From a virus (Duplodnaviria; Caudoviricetes), in IMG/VR virus record IMGVR_UViG_3300046171_000271: a DNA stretch of 64,000 nt; one strand, 5' to 3'. The position numbers and the translations under genes are program-made. The stretch's first letter is position 1. Every line of letters begins with the position of its first letter. Below the pieces are notes generated by a model. The model did not search any database. It was given only the letters and a program-made list of their open reading frames with translations, and was not told where the DNA came from. Positions 28,881 to 37,100 of the stretch are shown in pieces.

Positions 28881-28977
28881 ACTCTCTGCAAACCGAGGCC
28901 TCTAGGGAGTATAAAAACGCCTCTAATACCTATCTCTGAGGGTGAGATAGGAATATTTACTTCAGTGTCCCTGCACT
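28881..28977 (+). ncRNA. structured psbA 5' leader, PhotoRC-II-like
   Basis: ACTCTCTG/TAGGGAGT stem with GAGGC/GCCTC crossing it (H-type pseudoknot), then hairpin CCTATCTC/GAGATAGG; a cyanophage psbA leader motif is known, identity not verified. Confidence 0.6.
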
Positions 28978-28998
28978 CATAATTAACCCTTTTTCAAA

Positions 28999-30075
28999 AT
29001 GGCTTCAACTCTTTCAAGGCAACAAACATCCACTTGGGAAAATTTCTGCGAGTGGGTAACTTCTACCAACAACCGTCTGTATGTCGGTTGGTTCGGCGTA
29101 CTGATGATCCCAACTCTGTTGGCAGCAACAATTTGCTTCATTGTCGCTTTCGTCGCTGCTCCCCCTGTGGACATCGACGGCATCCGTGAACCCGTTGCTG
29201 GTTCTTTAATTTACGGTAATAACATTATCTCTGGTGCTGTTGTACCTTCTTCTAACGCTATCGGACTTCATTTCTATCCCATCTGGGAAGCAGCTTCTCT
29301 CGATGAGTGGTTGTATAATGGTGGCCCTTACCAGTTAGTTGTTTTCCACTTCCTCATTGGCGTCTTCGCATATATGGGACGTGAGTGGGAACTGTCATAC
29401 CGTTTGGGTATGCGCCCCTGGATCTGCGTAGCATACTCTGCACCTGTTGCAGCAGCATCCGCAGTTTTCCTTGTCTATCCTTTCGGCCAAGGTAGTTTCT
29501 CCGATGGTATGCCTCTTGGTATCTCTGGTACTTTTAACTATATGCTTGTATTCCAAGCAGAACACAATATCCTTATGCACCCGTTCCACATGCTCGGTGT
29601 TGCTGGGGTATTCGGTGGATCTCTTTTCTCTGCTATGCATGGAAGTCTGGTTACTTCTTCGCTGGTTCGTGAAACCACAGAAACTGAGTCCCAGAACTAT
29701 GGTTACAAGTTCGGACAAGAGGAAGAAACATACAACATCGTCGCTGCACACGGTTACTTTGGACGTTTGATCTTCCAATACGCTTCCTTCAACAACTCCC
29801 GTTCGCTGCACTTCTTCTTGGCAGCATGGCCTGTTGTCGGTATCTGGTTCACTGCTCTTGGTGTTAGCACCATGGCATTCAACCTGAATGGTTTTAACTT
29901 CAACCAGTCCATTATCGATGGACAAGGACGAGTTCTGAATACCTGGGCAGATGTTCTTAATCGCGCTGGACTTGGAATGGAAGTAATGCACGAGCGTAAT
30001 GCTCACAACTTCCCTCTCGATCTCGCTGCTGCTGAGTCAACTCCTGTTGCTCTGACTGCACCTACCATTGGATGA
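28999..30075 (+). CDS. psbA: photosystem II D1
   Basis: near-canonical D1 throughout; no intron seen. Confidence 0.99.
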   Translation: MASTLSRQQTSTWENFCEWVTSTNNRLYVGWFGVLMIPTLLAATICFIVAFVAAPPVDIDGIREPVAGSLIYGNNIISGAVVPSSNAIGLHFYPIWEAASLDEWLYNGGPYQLVVFHFLIGVFAYMGREWELSYRLGMRPWICVAYSAPVAAASAVFLVYPFGQGSFSDGMPLGISGTFNYMLVFQAEHNILMHPFHMLGVAGVFGGSLFSAMHGSLVTSSLVRETTETESQNYGYKFGQEEETYNIVAAHGYFGRLIFQYASFNNSRSLHFFLAAWPVVGIWFTALGVSTMAFNLNGFNFNQSIIDGQGRVLNTWADVLNRAGLGMEVMHERNAHNFPLDLAAAESTPVALTAPTIG

Positions 30076-30094
30076 TATGCAACCTGGTAGTTTC

Positions 30095-30124
30095 AACCCT
30101 CTCACGTCAGTGGGGGGGTTTTTT
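30095..30124 (+). terminator. psbA terminator
   Basis: AACCCTCTCAC-GTCA-GTGGGGGGGTT followed by T tract. Confidence 0.8.
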
Positions 30125-30196
30125 ATAGGCATTTTAACTCTAGTATTACCACTACTAGTTGTGATAATATTCTAAAATACAAAAAGGTAAATAAAA

Positions 30197-31252
30197 ATGG
30201 TAACATCAACTATTAAACAACCAACAAGGGGGTGGTTCGATGTCCTTGATGACTGGCTTAAACGCGATCGCTTTGTCTTTGTGGGTTGGAGTGGACTACT
30301 TCTTTTTCCCACTGCTTATCTCGCAATTGGTGGCTGGCTTACTGGTACTACGTTTGTCACGTCTTGGTACACTCACGGACTCGCAAGTAGTTATCTTGAG
30401 GGTGCTAATTTTCTTACAGCGGCTGTGTCAACGCCTGCTGATGTTATGGGCCATTCTCTTCTTCTACTTTGGGGTCCTGAGTCTCAGGGAGATTTCGTCC
30501 GGTGGTGCCAACTTGGAGGGCTTTGGGCCTTTGTTGCTCTCCACGGTGCCTTTGCCCTAATTGGATTCATGCTTCGTCAATTTGAAATCAGTCGTCTAGT
30601 AGGTATTCGTCCTTACAATGCTATTGCGTTCTCTGGGCCTATTGCTGTTTTTGTCTCTGTTTTCCTCATCTATCCACTCGGACAGTCGAGTTGGTTCTTT
30701 GCGCCGAGTTTCGGTGTTGCGGCGATTTTCCGCTTCCTACTCTTCCTCCAAGGCTTTTCATAACTGGACGCTCAATCCCTTTCCATATGATGGGAGTAGC
30801 AGGTATCCTGGGTGGTGCTCTGCTTTCTGCTATCCATGGTGTCACTGTGGAGAACACATTGTATGAAGATGGAGATCAAGCAAACACATTCAAGCTTTTG
30901 ATTCCACGCAGGAAGAAGAAACTTATTCAATGGTCACTGCAAACAGATTTTGGTCACAGATCTTGGGATCGCGTTTAGTAATAAGAGGTGGTTGCATTTC
31001 TTTATGCTTTTTGTTCCTGTCATGGGCCTTTGGACTTCCTCTATTGGCATCATTGGCCTTGCTCTTAATCTTCGCGCCTATGATTTTGTAAGTCAGGAGA
31101 TTAGAGCTTCTGAAGATCCTGAATTTGAAACGTTTTACACAAAGAACATTCTTTTAAATGAGGGACTCCGTGCATGGATGGCACCAGTAGATCAACCTCA
31201 TGAATCATTTGTATTTCCAGAGGAAGTTCTTCCGAGGGGCAACGCACTCTAA
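30197..31252 (+). CDS. psbD: photosystem II D2, broken by about four single-base indels (probable sequencing errors)
   Basis: D2 sequence continues across shifts near 30745, 30780, 30895 and 30960; ends [10 protein letters not shown]. Confidence 0.95.
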
Positions 31253-31323
31253 TCTTTAATAAGGATTTCTCTTATTAAAGGAAACCCACTAAACCTTTAA
31301 TAAGATACTTCCATAATCGTCAC

Positions 31324-31361
31324 AGCACTCCTTCACAGGGGTGCTTTTTTTATTGTATAAT
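31324..31361 (+). terminator. psbD terminator, possibly overlapping a promoter
   Basis: AGCACTCC-TTCACA-GGGGTGCT+T tract; TTCACA, 18 nt, TATAAT 31356-61. Confidence 0.75.
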
Positions 31362-31381
31362 ACTCTTAGTGTGGATTTATT

Positions 31382-31690
31382 ATGACTCACTTTGATTACA
31401 TCACAAAACATATGCTTCCTGGTTGGGTTGAGTCTTGGACTTATAACTTCAGGATATGGGCAGATTTAATGACTGGTAACTACAAACCATATGCAAATCC
31501 TTGGGGTGAAAGTCCAGAACGAGAATGTTATGAATGGTTCTGGACATCTATTAATCTAGATGATATATACACCAAAGAGTTTATTGAAGAACTTTTGCAG
31601 ATGAAGAAAGATGTTGAGAGTGGTAAAGTAAAAACATATCCTTTGGATGATGTTCTCAAATTATGGGGAGAGGACAATGAACAACTTTGA
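31382..31690 (+). CDS. hypothetical protein
   Basis: Trp-rich ORF after the promoter. Confidence 0.55.
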   Translation: MTHFDYITKHMLPGWVESWTYNFRIWADLMTGNYKPYANPWGESPERECYEWFWTSINLDDIYTKEFIEELLQMKKDVESGKVKTYPLDDVLKLWGEDNEQL

Positions 31691-31889
31691 AGTATTCTTT
31701 TATTTCGTTTGCTTTGCTGTTATTGCAGGTGCTGCATTTGCGATGATGTGGAGTAATATTCAATCTATCAATATGATGATGGATGAACCTCCTAAACCAA
31801 AACATCCTGAAGCACCAGAAGAAGGAGATGAGGTTATGTATGTTGATTTGTCTAGGGAAAGACTGGAAAAGTTGTATGAGGACGAGTAA
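31677..31889 (+). CDS. DUF2973-like small membrane protein
   Basis: TM helix then KHPEAPEEGDEVMYVDL. Confidence 0.55.
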   Translation: MNNFEVFFYFVCFAVIAGAAFAMMWSNIQSINMMMDEPPKPKHPEAPEEGDEVMYVDLSRERLEKLYEDE

Positions 31890-31894
31890 TAACT

Positions 31895-32089
31895 ATGCTT
31901 ACGATTATTAATCATGTAACTGCATTTTGGACAGTGGTTGTTATGAATTGCATTCAACCTGTCAATTGGCAACAATGTCTACCTGTTCATGAATGGTTGT
32001 TGCCAGAACTTAATGTTGGTATTACAATGTTTTTTGACAAGGAAAAATCATTCTTGTATAAATCAGAGAAGGAGTATCTATCTAAATGA
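31895..32089 (+). CDS. hypothetical protein
   Basis: NCIQPVNWQQCLPVHEWL. Confidence 0.55.
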   Translation: MLTIINHVTAFWTVVVMNCIQPVNWQQCLPVHEWLLPELNVGITMFFDKEKSFLYKSEKEYLSK

Positions 32090-32730
32090 AAATTTTTCTT
32101 GATACTGCGGACACAGATGTGATCGCAAAGTATTTTTCTACGGGGTTAGTAGATGGTGTAACTACTAATCCAACTCTTATTATGAAGAGTGGTAAAAATC
32201 CAGAGGATGTTTACCAAACAATCAAGGACATGGGTGTCAAAGACATCAGTATGGAAGTCGTTGGTTCTGATCTTGAAATGTATGATGAGGGCAAACGTCT
32301 TTATGAGAAGTTTGGTGATGTATGTACTGTGAAGGTTCCTTGCACACGCGAGGGTTTATCCGTCTGTAAAGCACTTTCTGATCAAGGTGTCAAGGTTAAT
32401 GTCACATTGATCTTCTGTGCGGCACAGGGCGTTCTGGCTGCCAAAGCGGGTGCCGCTTATGTTTCGCCATTTGTAGGACGCTTGGATGATCAGTCAGTTG
32501 CGGGACTTGAAGTTGTTCGTTCTATTTCTGAGTTGTATCGCATTCATGGAATGAAGACTCAGGTTCTTTCTGCGTCTATTCGTAGTGTTCAAAGAGCAAT
32601 CCGTTCATGGTATAATGGTGCTGAGATTTGCACAATGCCACCAAAGGTATTTGATCAAATGTATGATCACATTCTCACTGACAAAGGTTTAGAAATTTTC
32701 GATAAAGATTGGGAGTCTGTTAAAAAATGA
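32086..32730 (+). CDS. talC: transaldolase (TalC/MipB type)
   Basis: IFLDTA, GVTTNPTL, VKVP, NVTLIF, YVSPFVGRLDD. Confidence 0.97.
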   Translation: MKIFLDTADTDVIAKYFSTGLVDGVTTNPTLIMKSGKNPEDVYQTIKDMGVKDISMEVVGSDLEMYDEGKRLYEKFGDVCTVKVPCTREGLSVCKALSDQGVKVNVTLIFCAAQGVLAAKAGAAYVSPFVGRLDDQSVAGLEVVRSISELYRIHGMKTQVLSASIRSVQRAIRSWYNGAEICTMPPKVFDQMYDHILTDKGLEIFDKDWESVKK

Positions 32731-32966
32731 GAAGTTTTTCAGTTTACACAAAGATTGGTTGCCCATATTGTACTAAAGTAATTGCTGCTCTTGGACTTGC
32801 AGAGCAACAATTTGTAGAGTATAAATTGGGAAGAGATTTTACAAAAACAGAATTTTATGAAAAGTTTGGTGTGGGATCAACCTTTCCCCGTGTTGTATTA
32901 AATGATGAATTGATTGGAGGATGTCAAGAAACTGTAAAGTACCTAAGAGAAAACAATTTGGTTTAA
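32727..32966 (+). CDS. glutaredoxin
   Basis: CPYC active site, TFPRV, IGG. Confidence 0.9.
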   Translation: MRSFSVYTKIGCPYCTKVIAALGLAEQQFVEYKLGRDFTKTEFYEKFGVGSTFPRVVLNDELIGGCQETVKYLRENNLV

Positions 32967-33319
32967 TGGATCAAGAAGTCTACGGAATCGTTGAACAGTC
33001 GATTGATGATGCTTTTATGCAACAAAAATTTAGATTGAATTTCTATGATTATCTTAGAGTAATTGATGCGAAAAGAAAAGACGCTGACGAATTTATTGCC
33101 AGTAGCACCTTCAAAGAAATAAATGATCTAATCATTGAATTGGATGAATATTTAAAAGGAGGACAGGACAATGAACACAAGCAATTACGTGAAGCTTATG
33201 GACATATTCCTAAACCTCAAGCAAGAAAAATCAAACAATTTTTAGAGGGTATCCTTAAAGACGCCGAGAGGTATAGTTATGATAGAAGGCCAGGACGGAG
33301 AACCAAACGCTCTAAATAA
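32966..33319 (+). CDS. conserved cyanomyovirus-type hypothetical protein
   Basis: LREAYGHIPKPQARKIK. Confidence 0.6.
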   Translation: MDQEVYGIVEQSIDDAFMQQKFRLNFYDYLRVIDAKRKDADEFIASSTFKEINDLIIELDEYLKGGQDNEHKQLREAYGHIPKPQARKIKQFLEGILKDAERYSYDRRPGRRTKRSK

Positions 33320-33482
33320 ATCAGAACCCCATCTTAATCGAGGGGTAGAGTTATTACTTAGAAATAGGAGGAGAGCAGAACCGCCCAAAACTTTCCAGGT
33401 AAGGTTTGGAAATATGGTTTCTCTCTTCAAGAGAGACTTTGTTTTCCACTTCAATTTTTATTTGGACATTAGGAAAAGATAG
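33279..33482 (+). CDS. hypothetical protein (start uncertain)
   Basis: NRGVELLLRNRRR; late-promoter-like CTAAATA near 33312. Confidence 0.45.
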   Translation: MIEGQDGEPNALNKSEPHLNRGVELLLRNRRRAEPPKTFQVRFGNMVSLFKRDFVFHFNFYLDIRKR

Positions 33483-33501
33483 ACTCTAGGAGGACGGGAA
33501 A

Positions 33502-33726
33502 ATGTTAGCAGTAACATTAACGATCGGAACATTGGTATCAATCATGTTCTTTTTTGTTGGAGGTATGGTAGGATGGTTAGCGAAAGAACATGTTTACGCT
33601 ACACAACCAGTGTATACACATCCCGAAATGTTTGATGAAAATGGGAATATTCTTCCCGATGAAATAGTAGCAGTACGATTTGAAAACGATTATGGCGACT
33701 ACGACGAAGACGAAGAAGAAGGTTGA
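33502..33726 (+). CDS. small membrane protein
   Basis: TM helix then HPEMFDENGN. Confidence 0.6.
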   Translation: MLAVTLTIGTLVSIMFFFVGGMVGWLAKEHVYATQPVYTHPEMFDENGNILPDEIVAVRFENDYGDYDEDEEEG

Positions 33727-34246
33727 ACTTCCACCCAATCCTTTTCTTTTTGAAATTTTAGAACTTGCAAGTAAGCAACGTGCTAAGGCAAAGAAAGTTG
33801 AAGTTCTTCAGCAATATGAAACTGATGCTCTCAAAACTATCTTGATTTGGAACTTTGATGAGACTGTCATTAGTTTAGTTCCAGAAGGTGAAGTGCCATA
33901 TGCAGATGGTAACGATCAATCTGTTTATTCTGGAACTCTATCTGAAAATCTAGCACGGGAAGCAAGAGGTGGAGAGTCTGCAACTGGACAAGATTTAGAC
34001 GGCAGAGGTAAGACTTCACTGCGTAGAGAATATAAAAATCTTTATAACTTTGTGAAAGGTGGTAATGATTCTCTCAGCAATATTCGTAGAGAAATGATGT
34101 TTATCAACCTTCTTCGCGGTTTGCATCCACTGGAAGCTGAGGTTCTTTGTTTGGTAAAGGACAAAAAACTTGCAGATAAGTACAAAATCACTTATGATGT
34201 AGTCAAACAGGCATATCCTGACATTCAGTGGGGTGGACGCAGTTGA
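33692..34246 (+). CDS. conserved T4-like hypothetical protein
   Basis: EGEVPY, SLRREYKNLYNF, RREMMFINLLRGLHPLEAEVL. Confidence 0.65.
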   Translation: MATTTKTKKKVELPPNPFLFEILELASKQRAKAKKVEVLQQYETDALKTILIWNFDETVISLVPEGEVPYADGNDQSVYSGTLSENLAREARGGESATGQDLDGRGKTSLRREYKNLYNFVKGGNDSLSNIRREMMFINLLRGLHPLEAEVLCLVKDKKLADKYKITYDVVKQAYPDIQWGGRS

Positions 34247-34497
34247 AGATTATTAAAGAAGATTGTGATCCTAATGTTGATAACAAAACGGATCTTCCTA
34301 ATAATTGCTATCTTGTAACATACAAGATTGATGATGTAGAGCACTATGATTTAGTATCTGCAGCAAAACAATCAAAAATTTTTGATGCTTACTACGATAA
34401 GTATAAAAGTGATTTCGTAACCATGGTGCAGTCTGAAGGTAGGATCAATCCCAAACTTTGGGGTAATCCTCCTCCAAAAGATAAAAAGAAAAAGTAA
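34228..34497 (+). CDS. hypothetical protein
   Basis: EDCDP, IFDAYYDKY, GRINPKLW. Confidence 0.6.
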   Translation: MGWTQLKIIKEDCDPNVDNKTDLPNNCYLVTYKIDDVEHYDLVSAAKQSKIFDAYYDKYKSDFVTMVQSEGRINPKLWGNPPPKDKKKK

Positions 34498-34712
34498 TGA
34501 GTGGATTCAAAGGATTCATCAATAATCCAGATAAAGACGGAAACGTTAGGTTTGAAATAGATACTGATGAAGTTAGAAAACTTATCAAAAAATACAAAAA
34601 ATTAAAGAAATTTCAAAAATCAAATATCGCTGAATTGTCTAAACTTTCTGGTGTTGAAACAGAGGTTGATCGCTTGATTAACGAAATATGGCATCGACCT
34701 CAGAAGCACTAG
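34497..34712 (+). CDS. hypothetical protein
   Basis: ATG overlaps upstream TAA. Confidence 0.5.
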   Translation: MSGFKGFINNPDKDGNVRFEIDTDEVRKLIKKYKKLKKFQKSNIAELSKLSGVETEVDRLINEIWHRPQKH

Positions 34713-34716
34713 AATA

Positions 34717-35044
34717 ATGGGTAAGCATTACCTTCTTAATCTTTATGGATGTGACTTTTATGTTCTCAATAATGAAATATATTTGAGAAACCTTATCAAA
34801 CTTGCTGCAGAAACATCTGGAGCAACAGTGCTTGAAACGATTTCAAATAATTTTGCTCCTCATGGGAGTGACTGCAATCTGTCTTCTTGCTGAAAGTCAT
34901 ATTAGTATTCATACTTGGCCTGAAAAGGGCGAAGCAGCTGTGGATATTTTTACTTGTGGTGATGCAGAACCTAAGATTGGTTGTGATATAATTACTTTAC
35001 AAATCAAACCAAAAAATCACACTCTTAGTTTCATCGAGCGATAA
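34717..35044 (+). CDS. speD: S-adenosylmethionine decarboxylase-family proenzyme, apparent frameshift near 34865
   Basis: MGKHYLLNLYGC N-terminus joins GVTAICLLAESHISIHTWPE...DIFTCG. Confidence 0.85.
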
Positions 35045-35057
35045 TAAATATCCGTAT

Positions 35058-35264
35058 ATGATCTTTATTATGAATTACAAACCTTACAGTCCTGAGTGGC
35101 ATAGATATCGCTACCTCAAGGAAGCAGTCTATCAGTATCTTGATGATTACGTGGAAAATGAAGTAATCGTGAAAGATATTTTAAGCATTGTGTGTGAGCG
35201 TCAAGAACGAGCACATGCAGAATATCACAAATTAGAAGACTTAGAACTAAAACTCAGAGACTAA
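35058..35264 (+). CDS. hypothetical protein
   Basis: YKPYSPEWHRYRYLKE; follows ATAAATA. Confidence 0.55.
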   Translation: MIFIMNYKPYSPEWHRYRYLKEAVYQYLDDYVENEVIVKDILSIVCERQERAHAEYHKLEDLELKLRD

Positions 35265-35265
35265 T

Positions 35266-35585
35266 ATGTTATCTACCGCATACCGTCTTCGTCTGGAGTC
35301 TATCTGTCGTTGCATTGCCAACAAAGAAGACGTTCCACTAGGAGGATATGATTTGGGCAGAAAAACTTGCCAAGGCACATACCCTTGCTAGGGATTGGTT
35401 GAATAAAAGCACGTCGTCAAGCTGCTCATGATATAGAGGAGGGAAGTGTTGATGATTTTATGAATAGGATGGGGTTAGGTGATCCCGATCCCATCCAATT
35501 ATAAAACGGGATTCGATGGTGCAGATGAAATTGTAGACTGGTTTAAAACAAGGACAAACCTGATGATTGGAGGCAACGTGACTAA
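35266..35585 (+). CDS. hypothetical protein broken by several indels
   Basis: frame pieces MLSTAYRLRLESICRCI / DMIWAEKLAKAH / DDFMNRMGLGDPD / KPDDWRQRD join into one ORF. Confidence 0.55.
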
Positions 35586-35599
35586 CATTATTACTAAAA

Positions 35600-35767
35600 A
35601 TGGACATTACACTTTCTAGTGAAGAAGCAGAACTTCTATTAAACTTGATGATCAATTCGCATATGGATGATAAAGATGATACTTTCCTTGAATATGATTG
35701 TTTTGGAGAGTTAATGAATAAACTTCTGAAGACATGTAGAAAATTTGATGAGGAGAAAGGTGACTGA
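35600..35767 (+). CDS. 55-aa hypothetical protein
   Basis: intact short ORF MDITLSSEEAELLL... Confidence 0.4.
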   Translation: MDITLSSEEAELLLNLMINSHMDDKDDTFLEYDCFGELMNKLLKTCRKFDEEKGD

Positions 35768-35908
35768 AGAAGAAAGAAAATTTATCATAAATCTACAACT
35801 AAATAATATTTGTGAAATATTAGATGGGAAACTTAACCATCAACAGGTTATAGACTCTAAAGGTAAATGCTTCAAGAAGAATTATAATCGAATATCAGGA
35901 GAAAAGTA

Positions 35909-36135
35909 ATGCAGGCCTGGATCTACAGTAACGGAAACCAAGAATGTGAAAGAGCTGCTATGCTTTTAAAAAGTATCCATAATTGATTTTCATGAATATC
36001 TTTTAGATAAAGATTTTACAGAGTCTCAGTTCAAAGCAGAATTTGGTGAAAGTGCAGAATATCCACAAATTGCTATTGGTGTAAAGCATCGCGGTAGTCT
36101 CAAAGAACTTTGAATTATCTAAACAAAATAAATTA
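35909..36135 (+). CDS. glutaredoxin-like protein broken by indels
   Basis: YSNGNQECERA...EYLLDKDFTESQFKAEFG..AEYPQIAIG. Confidence 0.55.
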
Positions 36136-36162
36136 CAAATGTTCATGTTGATACCAACACAT

Positions 36163-36191
36163 TTGACTAAATAGAATTGAAAGTGTATCCT
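36163..36191 (+). promoter_or_regulatory. sigma70-type promoter with overlapping CTAAATA, directly upstream of the tandem RNA elements
   Basis: TTGACT 36163-68, 17 nt, TATCCT 36186-91; CTAAATA 36167-73. Confidence 0.6.
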
Positions 36192-36199
36192 ACACTTGT

Positions 36200-36448
36200 C
36201 GTTCATCTCATGCTCAGTATCCTTACTGGCATTGACCCTTGCCTCATCATAATGACGCGTCACTCCTTACGGGTGGCACATGTCTTGTGAAAGGTTCTCT
36301 ACAGACGATCGAGTTGAAATTCCAATGCAGATCCCAATCTCGAGCGCTTCGGTCTAAGTATGAATCTGATAGGTTACCTTAGAGTCGAAAGTTGACGGGC
36401 GAATGTGAAGGGAGCATTCACATGAGACGCAAGTAAGTCGCGGAACGG
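36200..36448 (+). ncRNA. glutamine-II (Downstream-peptide)-like riboswitch fold A with an approximately 208-nt P2 loop
   Basis: P1 CGTTC 36200-04/GAACG 36443-47; P2 TCTCATG 36206-12/CATGAGA 36421-27; junction CGCAAGTAAGTCGCG. Confidence 0.65.
36210..36425 (+). CDS. small protein inside the P2 loop of fold A, broken by indels as sequenced
   Basis: ATG and TGA are both in the P2 strands and in the same frame; frame 0 stops at 36288-90, but shifted pieces read MLSIL.., PYGWHMSCERF, MNLIGYL, ..GAFT. Confidence 0.5.
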
Positions 36449-36450
36449 AG

Positions 36451-36630
36451 CGTTCATCCCGTGTTTGAATTTTTACTTTACTCTGGTATTCATTGCACCG
36501 ATGCTAAGGATATGATCCGACGTATCGAAGCAAGTAACAGTGTAAGTAAAATTACTAAGGCTGAGGTTGTTGAGACCGTAAAGGAAGCAACACCTGAGTG
36601 CAAATGGGACGCAAACGACTGAAGGAACGG
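36451..36630 (+). ncRNA. glutamine-II-like riboswitch fold B with an approximately 141-nt P2 loop
   Basis: P1 CGTTC 36451-55/GAACG 36625-29; P2 TCCCGT 36457-62/ATGGGA 36604-09; junction CGCAAACGACTGAAG. Confidence 0.7.
36461..36622 (+). CDS. 53-aa protein inside fold B
   Basis: intact GTG..TGA ORF MFEFLLYSGIHCTDAKDMIRRIEASNSVSKITKAEVVETVKEATPECKWDAND; GGAG at 36447-50 upstream. Confidence 0.7.
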   Translation: MFEFLLYSGIHCTDAKDMIRRIEASNSVSKITKAEVVETVKEATPECKWDAND

Positions 36631-36663
36631 ACCTAAAAATCCAACTACTTCAGGAGAAAACCA

Positions 36664-36828
36664 ATGAACACACTTACTATCATCAAAAAGCAAATCAACA
36701 AGGCAGCAGCTCTGCATGACGCACAGATTACTCACACCGCATATCGTGGTGTAAAGTCTGAAGTTCGTAAGGTAGGACAGGAGTCTCACGGCACCTTCTG
36801 CTACCGTGGTCGTATCTATACCAAGTAA
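36664..36828 (+). CDS. DUF4278-like YRG peptide (54 aa)
   Basis: MNTLTIIKKQINKAAALHDAQITHTAYRGV...FCYRGRIYTK; SD AGGAG 36652-56. Confidence 0.75.
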   Translation: MNTLTIIKKQINKAAALHDAQITHTAYRGVKSEVRKVGQESHGTFCYRGRIYTK

Positions 36829-36834
36829 GGAACT

Positions 36835-36930
36835 ATGGAAGCACTACAGTTAACTGGGCTCTTATCCTTAGGTTGTTTTGTTGCTATATCGGTATTTTAC
36901 GGTGAACTCGTCCTTCTTTACAAACACTGA
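36835..36930 (+). CDS. 31-aa membrane peptide
   Basis: MEALQLTGLLSLGCFVAISVFYGELVLLYKH; AAGGA upstream. Confidence 0.55.
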   Translation: MEALQLTGLLSLGCFVAISVFYGELVLLYKH

Positions 36931-36941
36931 GGGAAAAACAA

Positions 36942-37100
36942 ATGCTGAAGATCAAACTTTATTATGATCTTCCAGAATATAATCCAGAAGTTCACGATCC
37001 TGATAGGGTTTTCAGACTTCTAACATATCGTGGAGTAACTTATGCTAAGTGGATTAATTTAAAATCTCTAGGCATATCAAACTGGAAAGTATTTAAATGA
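36942..37100 (+). CDS. second YRG (DUF4278-like) peptide (52 aa)
   Basis: MLKIKLYYDLPEYNPEVHDPDRVFRLLTYRGVTYAKW... Confidence 0.6.
   Translation: MLKIKLYYDLPEYNPEVHDPDRVFRLLTYRGVTYAKWINLKSLGISNWKVFK

Noticed and set aside
29395-30006. 203-aa antisense ORF (and a 107-aa alternate-frame ORF) within psbA
   Set aside because: These are shadow ORFs expected from D1 codon bias; they have no protein-like motifs or RBS. An antisense RNA cannot be excluded from sequence alone.
28999-31252. Group I intron or homing endonuclease in or between psbA and psbD
   Set aside because: psbA is uninterrupted, the intergenic region is only about 120 nt, and the psbD breaks are single-base.
36141-36154. GTT-N8-TAC as an NtcA site for the riboswitch operon
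   Set aside because: It has one mismatch to GTA-N8-TAC and lies 31 nt from the -10 box rather than the canonical 22-23. Attractive in context but too weak to call.
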